Source: Nemertoderma westbladi (lineage: Eukaryota > Animalia > Xenacoelomorpha). Taken from it: 64,000 nucleotides of DNA. How positions within the stretch are numbered: the first letter of the stretch is position 1; each line of letters begins with the position of its first letter. The position numbers and the translations under genes were made by a program. Location of the stretch: the NCBI GenBank assembly GCA_032718475.1, contig JAUCBJ010008430.1:1-64000 (forward strand). The letters run 5' to 3'. The notes below the pieces were generated by a model. The model worked only from the letters and a program-made list of their open reading frames with translations. It made no database searches and was not told the origin of the DNA. Below, in pieces: positions 1 through 13,601 of the stretch.

Positions 1-1623
1 AGGCAAATCAGGCAATTTCTGACGGTGGAATGTTCTTTTACGTCTGCTTAGACGAGATCTATTTCCTTTGCCTTCAGTATCGGTGGTATCGCCTTCCTCA
101 GATGATGTATATCCCTGTCTTTTGGGAGTAGATCGATTCATCATCTGCATATTGCTAGCTGTTAACTGTTTATTTATGCAGTCTTGATTCTCCTGAATGT
201 TTTCCAATTCTAACTGGGTGATTTCTTCAGTCGCTTTCCGTTCTGCTTCTGCTACTGCCTCTGCCACTTTTCTTTCCACTTCGGCCTCTGCCGCTGTCGC
301 CTTTCTTTCCGCTTCGGCCTCTGCCGCTGCCGCCTTTCTTTCCGCTTCGGCTTCTGCCGCTGCCGCCTTTCTTCCCGCTTCTGCCTCTGCCGCTGCCGCC
401 TTTCTTTCCGCTTCTGCCGATGCCACTGCTGCTGCTACTGCCGCTGCCTTTCTGTCTTCTATACGTTTTTTCTTAATCCTTTCCTCTTGGTCTCTAGCGA
501 TGCGGAGTTGTTCATCGAATTTAGCCTGATTCGCAGCTCTCATTTCCACATCGATGGCATCCAACACAAGCTTGGTTCCTTCACTATTAGGGCTAAGTCC
601 CTCTAACCTTCTCCTCAACTCGTCATTACCTAAAAAACGTTGATAGTCTGACAGATAGATGTCAATGGCATCCCTCTTATGCGGTTTCTCTGCCGTCGCT
701 TCACTTTCCACTTGGGAAAAAGTAGCGTCTGTTGATTCTCCATGGGTTGATCGCTCCTCTAGCTGAGCTTTCCACTGAGCTGTTCCTTGAACCTGGAGAT
801 TCACCCTTTGAAACCAAGTCTTTACGGCGACTTGCAACGACGTGTCTTGTCTTCGTTTAGAAGCCTCCTCAAAGGCTGATAAGATTAGCCTGATTCGTAG
901 AATTCTTTCTCTAACTTGATAAAGCAGCAATCCCTGCTCTTGAGGTCCTTGAGGTTGATGAAACAGTTGTTCTTTTAATCGCTCTATAGAGCTGAAGAAT
1001 CCCTGTGCGTATCCGGCTGCGGACCTCTTCCACACAGCTGGATCGATGGTTTCCTTGGCTACTCCCATCCGGTGTATGTCTTCCCAGGCAGCTTCTGATA
1101 AATCAAACGGGAGTCCGGGTCCGGGAAAGTTCCATTGCGACTCAACCATGGACTTCAGTTCTTCCCTTGTGTATCCAGCATAACTATCTCTAGTGGAACG
1201 CTGGCTTCTCGCCCAATCGATCTGGTGTTCTTCCACAGCGATCAATAATCTAGTGAGTACGGCTGCAGGAAGGATGAGAAGGGGATCCGAATAAACCTCA
1301 TCCGTCATCCTTGCTCCGCGTTCGGGTGTCAGTTCTACCGTATCTTCACTACTGGAGCTATCGGGCTGTTGAGAAGTAAGTTCTTGGCTCGCGGGTTGTT
1401 GCTGTTCCGCTGCTTCTTGGTCCCGTTTGACCTGAGCTCGAGTGCCTATGATAGACCTACGATGTTGAACCAGCCTAGGTTCTTTTATTACTATTGGAGG
1501 GATGACTTTCCTCACAGTGGGAGGTGAACTGAACTTACGACTAGACAGTTCTACATCTCTGTCTGAGTCGCAGATAGTTACATCTAATAAACTGTCTGAC
1601 AGGTTCTGCTTAGTATCAGACAT
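1..1623 (-). CDS. Long ORF (>541 aa, runs off the window), putative Gag/ORF1 of a retroelement
   Basis: Manual translation from the ATG at 1623 (MSDTKQNLSDSLLDVTICD...) is stop-free to position 1. It contains a coiled-coil stretch with (RKAAAAEAEAE)n repeats. It is missing from the ORF track because it has no stop in the window. No diagnostic domain is visible. Confidence 0.6.
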   Translation of the reverse strand, partial: MSDTKQNLSDSLLDVTICDSDRDVELSSRKFSSPPTVRKVIPPIVIKEPRLVQHRRSIIGTRAQVKRDQEAAEQQQPASQELTSQQPDSSSSEDTVELTPERGARMTDEVYSDPLLILPAAVLTRLLIAVEEHQIDWARSQRSTRDSYAGYTREELKSMVESQWNFPGPGLPFDLSEAAWEDIHRMGVAKETIDPAVWKRSAAGYAQGFFSSIERLKEQLFHQPQGPQEQGLLLYQVRERILRIRLILSAFEEASKRRQDTSLQVAVKTWFQRVNLQVQGTAQWKAQLEERSTHGESTDATFSQVESEATAEKPHKRDAIDIYLSDYQRFLGNDELRRRLEGLSPNSEGTKLVLDAIDVEMRAANQAKFDEQLRIARDQEERIKKKRIEDRKAAAVAAAVASAEAERKAAAAEAEAGRKAAAAEAEAERKAAAAEAEAERKATAAEAEVERKVAEAVAEAERKATEEITQLELENIQENQDCINKQLTASNMQMMNRSTPKRQGYTSSEEGDTTDTEGKGNRSRLSRRKRTFHRQKLPDLP

Positions 1624-1759
1624 GTTTATGTATACAGTTGAATGTCTACTGCTGTATTACAGTCTGAGCAAGTCTAGTAATTCAGTATTAACTGCTAGCC
1701 TAGTAATTAATTACCGATACTGCTACTCAGTGTAGCGTGATATATATAATATATTAGAA

Positions 1760-2125
1760 TACCGGTATGCTTATAGTATATATAAGTATTATTACAGACT
1801 AGGTTTATCACAGAATACCGGTATAATTTTAGCACAAATATATATAAATATATAATAGGCCTATCGGGAATACCGGTATACAGCTTACAGTTTGTAGTAT
1901 ATATAATTCTGGACTAGAATTAATTACAAGTACCGGTATAATTTCAGCCTAAATTTATAGAAATAAAGATAATAGGCCTATCATAAATACCGGTATGCAG
2001 TTTACACTTATAGTGTATATATATAAGTATAATTACAAACTAGAATTAATTACAGAATACCGGTATGATTTCAACCTAAAATTTATAGAAATAAATATAA
2101 TAAGCCTATTGTAAATACCGGTATA
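1760..2125. repeat. Degenerate ~120-bp tandem repeats with TACCGGTA palindromes
   Basis: Recurring AATACCGGTAT...TATAATAGGCCTA blocks. Confidence 0.55.
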
Positions 2126-3059
2126 TCAATTATTTTAAATAACTGAATTTCTGAATTTTAAGGGTTACTTGGTTACTTTACTTACTTTATTACCGTTATT
2201 TGAGCAGTAGTCCAACTGATATGGAGACCTAATTGTTGTATGGCAGGCCTACTATTTATAAATCGTTTGAGTTGATTTATAATATATATACCCGTTTTAA
2301 TGGGTTTTGTCAATGTTTGAAATAAATGTTATTATTTCTGGGGAGTAATCACTACACAAAGCGGTGCGCTTTCAGTGAAGTGTTACTTATAGGACACTAA
2401 AACAAATAATTCTAATTTACCTAAGTTACTTAATACTACAAATTACGTACAATTCGGGTGAGATTACAATCTCTAAATAAACACAAAAATTTACAAAAAA
2501 CACAAATACGAAATTTTTAGGGTAATTTTACAAGAAGTCTACAAACCAGCCTAACAAAGGGTTAGAAATCTGGTTATTACAACGGACAGGGTACTACGGT
2601 ATTTGAAAATAATAAGTAGTAGTAAATACACTGCGTTGTCCAGATAGGAAAATACCACCGCCTGACGACCTATAGCCGTATCGCTATAGGTTCTACGTTA
2701 TGTATCACGGAGTGTTCCTACCTAGAAGTTAATAGAGCTAATCGAAAGTGCCTATCAACCACTTTACAACACAAATGTAATGCCTACACTAATTACTTTC
2801 GGAAAGCACTGTACACTAAACCCTAGATTAGGTACGAGTACTTGTACAACATATAATCAGTAGTTAAATATACTTGAACAGCTAAAAGAACCACGGCATC
2901 TGCTGGAGTAACCGGTGCACAAAATCACCAGTCTTTACCTACGCCAAGCAGCCCGTGTAGTACCGGGGTTAATTTAACTATAGCGGTATGTATAACAAAC
3001 ACAATTACTGTAGGAACAAACTTGGGGAATGAATGTTGCGGATAATCGCATAAACTCTG

Positions 3060-3636
3060 AATAATAAATATTACGCTACGCGTACAAACTACTCAAACAA
3101 AATGCAGACCAAACGCTGACAGACTACCATCAAGCCCAAACAAACTACGGTATATGCAGACTCCGAAATAATTAGGTAGTATGCGTTCTAACCCAGTAGT
3201 ACGACTTATTCTTTAGTTGGGGGTTTACCTTACAGCATTCGCTGCCCCTACTTCCTAACCGTTCTTTATCGGACAAGTGATCTACACACGCTGCAATCCG
3301 TTCAGACCTAATAACAGCCAGACAACTATCCAGCCTACAAATTATCTAAATAAATATGATACGCTACCCGTACAGACTTACACAAACAAAGTACAGACTC
3401 AACGATGGCAGACTACTCTCAAGCCTAAATAAACTACAGGACATGCAGACTCCGAAATAATTAGGTAGTATGCGTTCTAACCCAGTAGTACGACTTATTC
3501 TTTAGTTGGGGGTTTACCTTACAGCATTCGCTGCCCCTACTTCCTAACCGTTCTTTATCGGACAGATGATCTACACACACTGCAATCCGTTCAGACTTAA
3601 CAACAATCAGACAACAGCTCAGCCTACAAATTGTCT
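3060..3636. repeat. Two-copy ~289-bp tandem duplication
   Basis: GCAGACTCCGAAATAATTAGG...CCGTTCAGAC occurs at ~3156 and ~3445. Confidence 0.85.
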
Positions 3637-5214
3637 GTACAATCTGATCAGGCTTACACGCCTTCTGTTCAATACTGGCCTACAAACAAATAAAACTTGA
3701 CAGAAATAAGTAAAATCTCAATAAAAACCAGGCGTCCCCGATTAATTATTAAGACCTACCGGCATATATAATCAAATCGAATAATACTGCTGTACTTATA
3801 CGGGAAGTACCGGTTAGGACAGTTAGGCCTACCGACCTACAGAAGTACCGGTTCTGGCAGTTGGACCTACGGACCTACGGCAGTACCGGTTCTGACAGTT
3901 GGGCCTACTGACCTACAGATGGACCGTTCAGGTTTACCGGTTGACCGGTACTTTCAACTTTATTGCTTACTGCAATAAAGAAGCTATATCCTTTAATGTT
4001 CGCGCTTTCAGACCTTTGGCAGTTTAACCCGCCAAATTAAGATGTCTTCTAGATATTAAATCGCTTTTTAGCCTATGACAAGTATTTGATTCACTACACT
4101 AGTCGAAACCAATCTGTGCGCGATCATTCACCCGCTGGATATTCCCGGGAGATTGGGTTCGACGGTTTAATTTTTATTGCTATGTAAGCCTAATGTATTA
4201 TTCGACTGACAGTATTATATAATCTCTGACAATATTATTCACCTTAGGGAATATTAACAGTTCCTTTAGGACGTGGCGCTTTATTTATATAAACAGAGTT
4301 ATGACTTAAACTACTCACAACGATATGGCTTAATTATAATTCACATATATGGCGCATTCTTTAGGAAATGCTTCTTTAACAGACTCACTCGTACACAATG
4401 CTGCACAATACTGCACACTAATCTGCCAATCTTCACTGATTTTAGTCACATATAAAAGGAACACAGACTGACTCATGTAGGGTCTATCAAATAACATTAG
4501 ATTCACTTCAAACCACTTTAACATAAGTCACAATCGTTATTGGTAACCTTTCTCTCTTACCTTCGGTATATCAAGAATATTGGGTTTTCGGGGTTATTTC
4601 TCGTTATTCCAATATAATAATTCATCAACAAATATAATGAATAACCGACAACAAATAGCAGTATACAGTATTGATTGAGCCGAGTCACGCCGTGATTCGT
4701 GACTACGAAATTGCAGAGTGATATTCACAGAGTGATATTTAGCAGCAGTTATACGTCAGCAGTTAAAGGATATATGTCCTTATAATTAAACCTACTAGTG
4801 TTGAGCTAAAAAGCAGAAAGCACAAAACACTACAAAGCCGTTCTTTCGTGGCTTTTAAAAACTCGTGACTACTACTCTATACGAGGATACCAACTACCCT
4901 TATTCCACGAAGCTCCCGTTCAACACAGAGAAAGAGCAGTGAGATAGGAAAATTTCAGTTCAGTAGCTCTGTGATAGGTCAAAATCAAGGCTAACTCAAA
5001 TTCTATTGGGAGATACAAAAACAAGGCTATGACGCAACCTCCCTAGGCTGGTTGGCCGATTAAACAGAGCCCAGATACCTGCGTACAGCAAATCAGCCAA
5101 TAAGCTGGTAGCTTGCACTATTTTAGCTATAGATCCCTTTAGAGTATTCTAGCGACCGGGGGGGGAACTGGCCAACAAGGCAAACGAATCAGTTATCCCA
5201 CAAAAGCTTTTACA

Positions 5215-6290
5215 ATAACCATTTTTAGATTAAAGCACTGACCATTTTATTTGTGTATTTCTATTCGTAGTCCTGAATTTAATTTAATTTTATGCTTCCC
5301 CAACAATTATACAATCTCATTAGTAGTTCATGTGTATTCTAATCTGTAGTCCACAAACAATGCATCGCAGTTCCTTTACTAAGTTTGTTTTTTTATATTT
5401 ATTTTATCTAAATATTTGACAATTTTAAGTAAAAAATTTCAAATTATCCCATCCATAACCATTCTTAGACTAAAGCACTGACCATTTTATTTGTGTATTT
5501 TTATTTGTAGTCTTGAATTTACTTTTTATTGCTTCCCCAACAATTATACAATCTCATTAGTAGTTCATGTGTATTCTAATCTGTAGTCCCCAAACAATGC
5601 ATCGCAGTTCCTTTACTAAGTTTGTTTTTTTATATTTATTTTATCTAAATATTTGACAATTTTAAGTAAAAAATTTCAAATTATCCCATCCATAACCATT
5701 TTTAGATTAAAGCACTGACCATTTTATTTGTGTATTTTTATTTGTAGTCTTGAATTTACTTTTTATTGCTTCCCCAACAATTATACAATCTCATTAGTAG
5801 TCCCCAAACAATGCATCGCAGTTCCTTTACTAAGTTTGTTTTTTTATATTTATTTTATCTAAATATTTGACAATTTTAAGTAAAAAATTTCAAATTATCC
5901 CATCCATAACCATTTTTAGATTAAAGCACTGACCATTTTATTTGTGTATTTTTATTTGTAGTCTTGAATTTACTTTTTATTGCTTCCCCAACAATTATAC
6001 AATCTCATTAGTAGTCCCCAAACAATGCATCGCAGTTCCTTTACTAAGTTTGTTTTTTTATATTTATTTTATCTAAATATTTGACAATTTTAAGTAAAAA
6101 ATTTCAAATTATCCCATCCATAACCATTTTTAGATTAAAGCACTGACCATTTTATTTGTGTATTTTTATTTGTAGTCCTGAATTTAATTTTTATTGCTTC
6201 CCCAACAATTATACAATCTTATTAGTAGTTCATGTGTATTCTAATCTGTAGTCCTAAATTTAATTTTATTACTTCCCCGACTATTTTACC
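5215..6290. repeat. AT-rich tandem repeat, 214-240-bp unit, ~5 copies
   Basis: Unit starts (ATAACCATT...AAAGCACTGACC) at 5215, 5455, 5692, 5906 and 6120. Confidence 0.9.
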
Positions 6291-6294
6291 TAAA

Positions 6295-6552
6295 ACATTA
6301 TTACACAGCGGGGACCCACATGGAAACGAGGTCCGCCTCATGTGGCTATCCCATTAAGTGACAATTTTATCGATATAACTCGCGTAAGATGTACTGTTCA
6401 TATATTTTTCATACCATACTGATTTAATTTCATAACAAAAATATCTCGTACTGTATCTATAACAATTGTATGGTTGCTAACGGTCTATACCAACTTAAAT
6501 GTTATCTATTATGTGTCCCGTCACTAATAAATCAATATCAATATCAATATCA
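6295..6552 (+). mobile_element. Possible 3' end of a 5'-truncated LINE/SINE
   Basis: AATAAA followed by an (ATCAAT)n tail, with a stem-loop-like CCACATG...CATGTGG upstream. Confidence 0.3.
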
Positions 6553-7242
6553 AAACTTGTAGCCCTAATAACATTCGTAAATTCAGGCCTATAATACTAG
6601 GTAGGACAACCCCTACAGTGCCGCTACAAACGAATAAAAAGAATCTTAAACAATGAACATTACATTGTTGTGTCTAACTAATAATATAAATATCTTTATA
6701 ACTAAAATTAGCCTACATCAAACAATAGTAAACTGTATGCTGTAAGCTAGTGAATGTCGTTAGCGTTGTCTAGCGACAAAGTGGAACAGAAAGTGGAACA
6801 GTAAATCAGAGCGTTTAAACTAAGATTTTCCCGCGCTGGTGTATAAACCCCTCAATCTCAACCGGAACTCGATGAAATTAAAAACGGTTTTTAGATTCGT
6901 GATCAGCACATATTTTTACATTTTTTGAACGTGTTTATAGAAAATTATTTTTTTGAGTCACCAACCCTATTCTATCGATAATATGATTAAGCTCAATGAG
7001 TTTGTTCTAGAACGTAGATTTTCAACAAATTTTAACTGCGACGGTTAACTGTGTTGTTACTGAATCATTTAATAAAGATGTAAAGTCATTGTCCCTGGTG
7101 AAATGTATAATAATACCATATCCTATATAAGTTTCGGTAACTGCTGGATGTCAAATGCATCACTTTAGTTTTCTTCATGTTTAATATAACAAATGGAGTT
7201 TCTAAAATTTGTGGAATAAACATCCCCCATACATGAGATGGT

Positions 7243-8415
7243 TCGACTGCCCCATGCTACAACGCAACCCGTCTGCGTCTCGCCCGACCGCCCCCGGCTA
7301 CAACGTAACCCGTCTGCGACTCGCCCGACTGCCCCCGGCTACAACGCAACCTGTCTGCGACTCGCCCGACTGCCCCTGGCTACAACGCAACCCGTCTGCA
7401 ACTCGCCCGACTGACCCCGGCTACAACGCAACCTGTCTGCGACTCGCCCGACTGCCCCCGGCTACAACGCAACCCGTCTGCGACCCGCCCGACTGCCCCC
7501 GGCTACAACGCAACCCGTCTGCGACTCGCCCGACTGCCCCCGGCTACAATGCAACCCGTCTGCGACTCGCCCGACTGCCCCAGGCTACAACGCAACTCGT
7601 CTGCGACTCGCCCAACTGCCCACGGCTACAACGCAACCCGCCTGTGACTGCCCGACTGCCCCCGGCTACAACGCAACCCGCCTGCGACTGCCCGACTGCC
7701 CCCGGCTACAACGCAACCCGTCTGTGACTTGCCTGACTGCCCCCGGCTACAACGCAACACGTCTGCGACTGCCCAACTGCCCCCGGCTACAACACAACCC
7801 GTCTGCGACTCGCCCGACTGCCCCCGGCTACAATGCAACCCGTCTGCGACTCGCCCGACTGCCCCAGGCTACAACGCAACCCGTCTGCGACTCACCCAAC
7901 TGCCCACGGCTACAACGCAACCCGCCTGCGACTGCCCGACTGCCCACGGCTACAACGCAACCCGCCTGCAACTGCCCGACTGCCCCAGGCTACAACGCAA
8001 CCCGTCTGCGACTCACCCAACTGCCCACGGCTACAACGCAACCCGCCTGCGACTGCCCGACTGCCCACGGCTACAACGCAACCCGCCTGCGACTGCCCGA
8101 CTGCCCCCGGCTACAATGCAACCCGTCTGCGACTCGCCCGACTGCCCCAGGCTACAACGCAACCCGTCTACGACTCGCCCAACTGCCCACGGCTACAACG
8201 CAACCCGCCTGCGACTGCCCCCGGCTACAATGCAACCCGTCTGCGACTCGCCCGACTGCCCCAGGCTACAACGCAACCCGTCTGCGACTCGCCCAACTGC
8301 CCACGGCTACAACGCAACCTGCCTGCGACTGCCCGACTGCCCCCGGCTGCAACGCAACCCGCCTGCGACTCACCCGACTGCCCCAGGTTACAACGCAATC
8401 CGTCTGCAACTTGCC
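7243..8415. repeat. GC-rich minisatellite, 40-41-bp unit, ~29 copies
   Basis: Consensus CCGACTGCCCCCGGCTACAACGCAACCCGTCTGCGACTCGC. The overlapping ORFs are translations of the repeat. Confidence 0.95.
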
Positions 8416-8534
8416 TAGCCTACCATGTAGAATATAAAATATAATTATAATTATAAATATAAATTTTAAGATTAACTTTCATTGATTATTATTTCTTCGA
8501 ACAGACCAAGAACTTCGCAATCGGATGTTGAATA

Positions 8535-8720
8535 AGCTAATAGCGTATATTGGAGAACACGCAGCTGGGTGTATACTGAGTCCGGCTTGGGTTCAACTCT
8601 CGCAAGAAGCAATCACTAAGATATTTGGTCATGAAGCCGTAAGTTAATCATGTCATATCGAAATTCCCCGTTGAATCGGGGAATAAACTTCACGGAATAT
8701 AAATTCAACAATTACATACG
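8535..8720 (+). mobile_element. Possible tRNA-derived SINE head
   Basis: A-box-like TAGCGTATATTGG (~8539) and B-box-like GGTTCAACTC (~8590). No intact cloverleaf. Confidence 0.25.
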
Positions 8721-9281
8721 AATGTTAAAGATGTAACTTAACTATACTGTATCACAAGAAGAAAATAATTAGATTTATTATATTTAATAAAAATACACAA
8801 TGTTCTGGAACATTTTGTTTATGTATGAATGGATGAAACGATAATAAAATTGAAAATTAATTAACTAAAGGGATTATTATTATATTATTGTAAAATAAGG
8901 TTATATTGAAAAATATCGAGACATGAAAAAAAAATATCGAGTGTAAAAATAACGAGAGGAAATATATCGAGTGTTGAAAATATCGAATATTTATAAAAAT
9001 ATCGATAATATCGCGAGTTTAAAAAAATAACAAATCGGGAGTAAAAATAACGAGAATAAAAAAAAATATCGAGAGTAAAAAATATCGAGAGTCGAGTAAA
9101 CATCAAATGTAAATTCAATGCATCCACTACAACAAGGTGGAACTAAATGGATTAAACGAAAAAATTCGATTAATAACAATCAGCCTGGTGAGTTGTAATT
9201 TCATATATTCATTATTGCATGAAATACGTCGTGAAATAAAGTCACTTCGATGCTCGACTACGGGGTTTAATAAAGTGAAAT

Positions 9282-9837
9282 TGTTAGCTTATCCAATTCC
9301 GCTAACCAACCCATAAAGTGAGCCGTTAAGCAATATTGGGAGCACGAGGTTGATTACCAATATCAACCTCGTGTCACCCCAACAAAGTGGGAAGGAGGCA
9401 CATACGCACAATAAGGGTCAGGGGTTACACCCCTGAAAGAGAGAGAATATCAGGGACGAAGGGAAGCACTTCAGAGGGGGGCAAAGGGTGACAACAGAGT
9501 TATTAGCCAATGGGGGGAAGGCACCAGCTGGGTAACGTAACAATGGCCAACTGTGCAGTATATATTATTAGTACGGTAATCATTCATCCAGTTTACTCAG
9601 TAGTTATCTCAGTACAGTCAGGCAGAACGGTGACAGTTAAGACCGTCATCGCCGTCACCAGTTTACTCAGTATCAGTTGTCTCAGTGCGTCCATGCTATC
9701 TGTTACTTCTATATATCTTATTATCAGAGAACGTTGGAACAAGCAAAACTCTTATATCTTTTCCATCGAACGGTGCGGCCCTTGACGCGTACACAAACAA
9801 CACCGGATAAACTGGGATCCTCTCGGATCCCGTCACA
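9282..9837 (+). repeat. 5' LTR of the BEL-like element
   Basis: TGTTAGC...CGTCACA, a direct repeat of 15270-15825. Confidence 0.95.
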
Positions 9838-9944
9838 GTCTTAACTTCTAAGAGCTGCCGAACTGAACTGTCTGAGTTGCGAATCTTTGGCACAGTCTTA
9901 ACTTTAGGCCTGCCGAACTGTGACTGATAGCTACCAAAGATAAG

Positions 9945-12900
9945 ATGAGTAGAGAAGGAAAGACGACGCCGCCGCGGACCCTGGACGACGATCTAACGAT
10001 GCTGCGACGAGACGGTATGGACCCACGACGCCGGACCCATCGGTAACGGGCGATCCGGCGATCCAAGATGAGGGGGGCCGTCTACAACCGGAGAGCGAGT
10101 CGAGAGAAAGGAGAGACGAGTCGAGAGAAAGGAGAGACAAGTCGGGAGGAGAGAGAGACGAGTCGACACACGACGGCGGTCGACGTGCCGATGTCGCCGG
10201 CCAGCCACAGGCCGAGGGCGACGAACGGTCCACCGGAACGGCGACGGTGGGGCCGACGGTACGACGCCAGACCCGGAGAGATAGAGGAGACGTCGGCAAC
10301 GAGGACGTCGGGGTCAGCAGCCGGCTCCGACGAGCCTACGCCGCGACCCGGCAGCAGTTAAGAGCAGCGAAAGGAGGGGCCCAGATAGATCAGGTGAAGT
10401 TGAAGAGACTGTTAGGTGAGTCGAACGGACATTTTGACCATTTAAAGCGTTTTGGGCAGGAAGAAGAGAGCGAGAGAGCGAGAGGGGTTGCCAGCGAACT
10501 GATTGAACTATGGGAATGTAGGGGCATGGTGCCTAGTGTAGTGTACATAGGGCCATACTCAGTCGATGCCCGGGGAGTAAAATTAGTGGGTTGGAACTTG
10601 GAAGAGACCTGAGGAGGGTGAATCCGAGGTTAAACCCGAGGATTCGGTCTCGTCGGTCGGAGGAAGTTCCGGGAGGCGGGGGAAAGTTGGTGGGACGGAG
10701 GGGCGACGGGAGTCCATCGCAACCGATAAGTCTGCTACATCCTCCGCAAAAGAAAGAAGGGTGCTGGAGATAAATCTGACGTATGAATTAGCGATGGTGG
10801 CGACAGAGCAGAAAGAATTAGAGAGGCAAGTGAGTGAGGAAACTGCATGGTTGGAGAGAGAAAGAGAGTGGGCAAGGAAGGATAGAGAGAGAGTCGAGGA
10901 GTGTAGAGAGAGAGCCGAGGAGTGTAGAGAGTGGGAGATGGAAGTAGAGAGCGAGTCGGCGAGGCGGTTTGAGATGGTTGCGAGAGATACCGAGTTGGCC
11001 GAGCGAAGTTTACGAGAGTGCAGAGAGAGAGAGATAGAGGCAGAGCGTGAGCGGGATGATTTGCGTGCCCGGCTAGGGAGGCTTGCGCAATATCAAGCCA
11101 AACTGGAGAAGCGCCGACTAGAACTGGCGCAGTTGGGACTATCAGAGAGTGAGACCCCACTTACAGACACCGGGCGAGAGAACAAGAACTGGTGTAGCCG
11201 TACGGGCGGGGGGGGGTAGTAGTAGTATGTTAGAAATGGTTAATATTAATAGTACTGTAGTAGATAACCCTAATCCCTTTATTGCAGCAAATAATATTTT
11301 ACCTGGTAGTAGTAATTTAAATTTAAATTCAAATAATAACATTAATTAAAATATTCAGAATAATTCAAATAATTCGAATAATAATTTAAATTTTGAAAAT
11401 AATAATTTAATTGATTTAACAAATAATATTGGGAATGGTGCTATTAATTTGAACGTGTCAGACGTGTATAGCCCAGCAGACGGCGACCTGGTAGGCCATG
11501 TAGTTAGTAGGCAGGAAGTGGCGGGGTTGAGCCAACCCGACGGCGCCCTGGTAGGCCACGTAGTTGGTAGACAGGAGGTAGCGGGGTTGAGCCAACCCGA
11601 GGTGGGCCTGATAGGCCACGCAGTAGTAGAGAGAGAGGCGGGGGTGAATGGACCCAGCCGTAGTAGAGACAGTGCGTCGACTAGAGAGGGGTGTAGAGAC
11701 GAAGTAAGAGATAGTGAAATAAGATGTGGCGAGTGGGGGGGCGCCCCACCACGGAAGATTAGTGGCGAGAGAGGGGGGGAAGAGAATGTCCGACAAGAGG
11801 GACGCAGAAGTGTAGTAAGAGGTAGTGAAGTTAGATGCGGCGGGTGGGGGGGGGCTACGGGCACCCCACCGCGAGAGATTAGTAGCGAGAGGGGGGGGGG
11901 CAGAGAGTGTCCCACAGGCGTCGGCGGATAATGCGTGGGCCAAATTAGGTAAACCGCAACACCCGGCGATGGAGAATAATAGGGGGATTGCGAGTATCCC
12001 CAGCGGCGTGCGATCGAGCAGAGAGAGGCAGGTTGACGTCGCGAGAGGGCGGACGAAGCATCGAGCCCGATCAGAAGAGGGAAGAAGAACAGTGGAGTTT
12101 AACCGGGAGGTCGACGAGAGATCTCACGAGCAGGAATACTGCACTGAAAAGAGAAGAAGAGGAGATAGTAGAAAAGGTGTCGCCACGAACGATAGGAGTG
12201 CGAGGACGGATAACGGACCGTCGATAGTAGAGATGGAGTTAGGGAGTCAGTGGGGTCGAACTTCGGGAGATTGCCGTCGCCCGGGAGAAACGCACCGCAC
12301 GCCAAGAGAGGGGTACAGGATGTACCAATACAAAGTCGAGAACAGGAGAGGGGATCGAAGAGAAGCTTCTCGACGGGATATAGCTGCCGATCGAGAGTGC
12401 GGTAGTCCCGGGGAGATTCGAGATTCGTGAAGATTAAACTTCGGTTCGAAAGGGCACATGCAGACTGCAGGACATACTGTAGGCCTTACTGCGCATACTA
12501 TTATAGGCCATGCTGGGAGAGATAGAATAGGCGATAGGGTAGCGCGAACGACGGGATTAAACCCGGAAGCCGCGGAGTACATACCGGTAGGTAGGCAGGA
12601 AGTGGGTAGGCCTATATCGGTACAGCAGCATGACTATAATACACAGGGACATAACATATATCCAGGGGAGGGGATAATTATTGGAGATAGATGTATGGGC
12701 CCCAATATATTAACATCAACCCCAGTACCAAACATACCGGCCGGGGGGGGGACAGGGTGACATTCCCCCATCACAATATCGACAATATACCCCAATAGGA
12801 GCAAGAACATCGAACTCCCTGGACGAGAACAGGTCGTGCGGACAGTCGCTACCACACGCGGCCATACAGGGGACTGCTAGTCCATAGTTAGCTGGTAGCA

Positions 12901-13601
12901 GGGCCACACCGTGGCAGGGACATAAAGAAAATAACACCAAAAATAAACACAATCCCAATATACCCAGTAGGCCGAGTCTAGGCAATCGAAACACTAAATC
13001 GGTACATATAAACCTACGCGCGATACGTGAAGGACTATACAGGAAACGCTATAATCCAGGATTCGAATGTCAATTACATCGGGACGGAACCCATAAGACC
13101 AGGAGTTGTAAGCACTGGCAAGCGTTGCCCAAACGAGATCGTGTAGCCTACACAGACGCAAACGGACTATGTCATCAATGTGTGGTAAAAGGACACAGAT
13201 GCGGAGAGTGTTGGAAAGGGAGAGGATGTGAAAGGACTAGACCAGGGGCAGAGAAGCCCATGAGCAAACATAAAGGAGCCGGGAAAGTAGAAGGAGGCAT
13301 GTTGCATACGCACGCAGGACTGACACAGTGCGAGGGGGCATTACATGGGCAGACGTCGTGTATACCGAGGTACGAGCGGGGGTCGTCGAGGCCTTTAATG
13401 CCAGCGCACATACGAAGGGGGAGGCCAGCAGAGGTAGTATCGAAGAGAGTGTGGCGAAGAGTTAGAGGACGTATAGGAGGGCAGTGGGAGAGTGCCTACT
13501 GGAAGAAGGGGCACCTGAGAGTTTTTAGTCGTCCAGTGTTTTGGACTGAGGGGGGTGGGAATGAGGGCGAGATGCCCTTCCCACGGAAAATAATTATTTA
13601 A
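9945..13601 (+). pseudogene. Fragmented gag-like region (coiled coil plus Zn knuckles)
   Basis: E/R-rich coiled-coil ORF at 10761-11219 and a Zn-knuckle frame around 13026-13601, separated by stops and frameshifts. Confidence 0.55.

Larger units (their letters stand above)
1..5214 (-). mobile_element. Probable 5' part of an LTR-type retrotransposon (LTR-like end, long repetitive 5' leader, ORF1)
   Basis: The minus strand begins TGTAAAAGC at 5214, directly against a truncated first unit of the flanking ~240-bp repeat. Internal repeats precede the ORF. The inner LTR boundary and PBS were not identified. Confidence 0.4.

Noticed and set aside
197-529. Ala-rich + strand ORF (antifreeze-like)
   Set aside because: It is the antisense shadow of the long minus-strand ORF.
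7209-8444. Pro/Cys-rich repeat protein ORFs
   Set aside because: The 40/41-bp units shift frame constantly and there is no unique coding flank.
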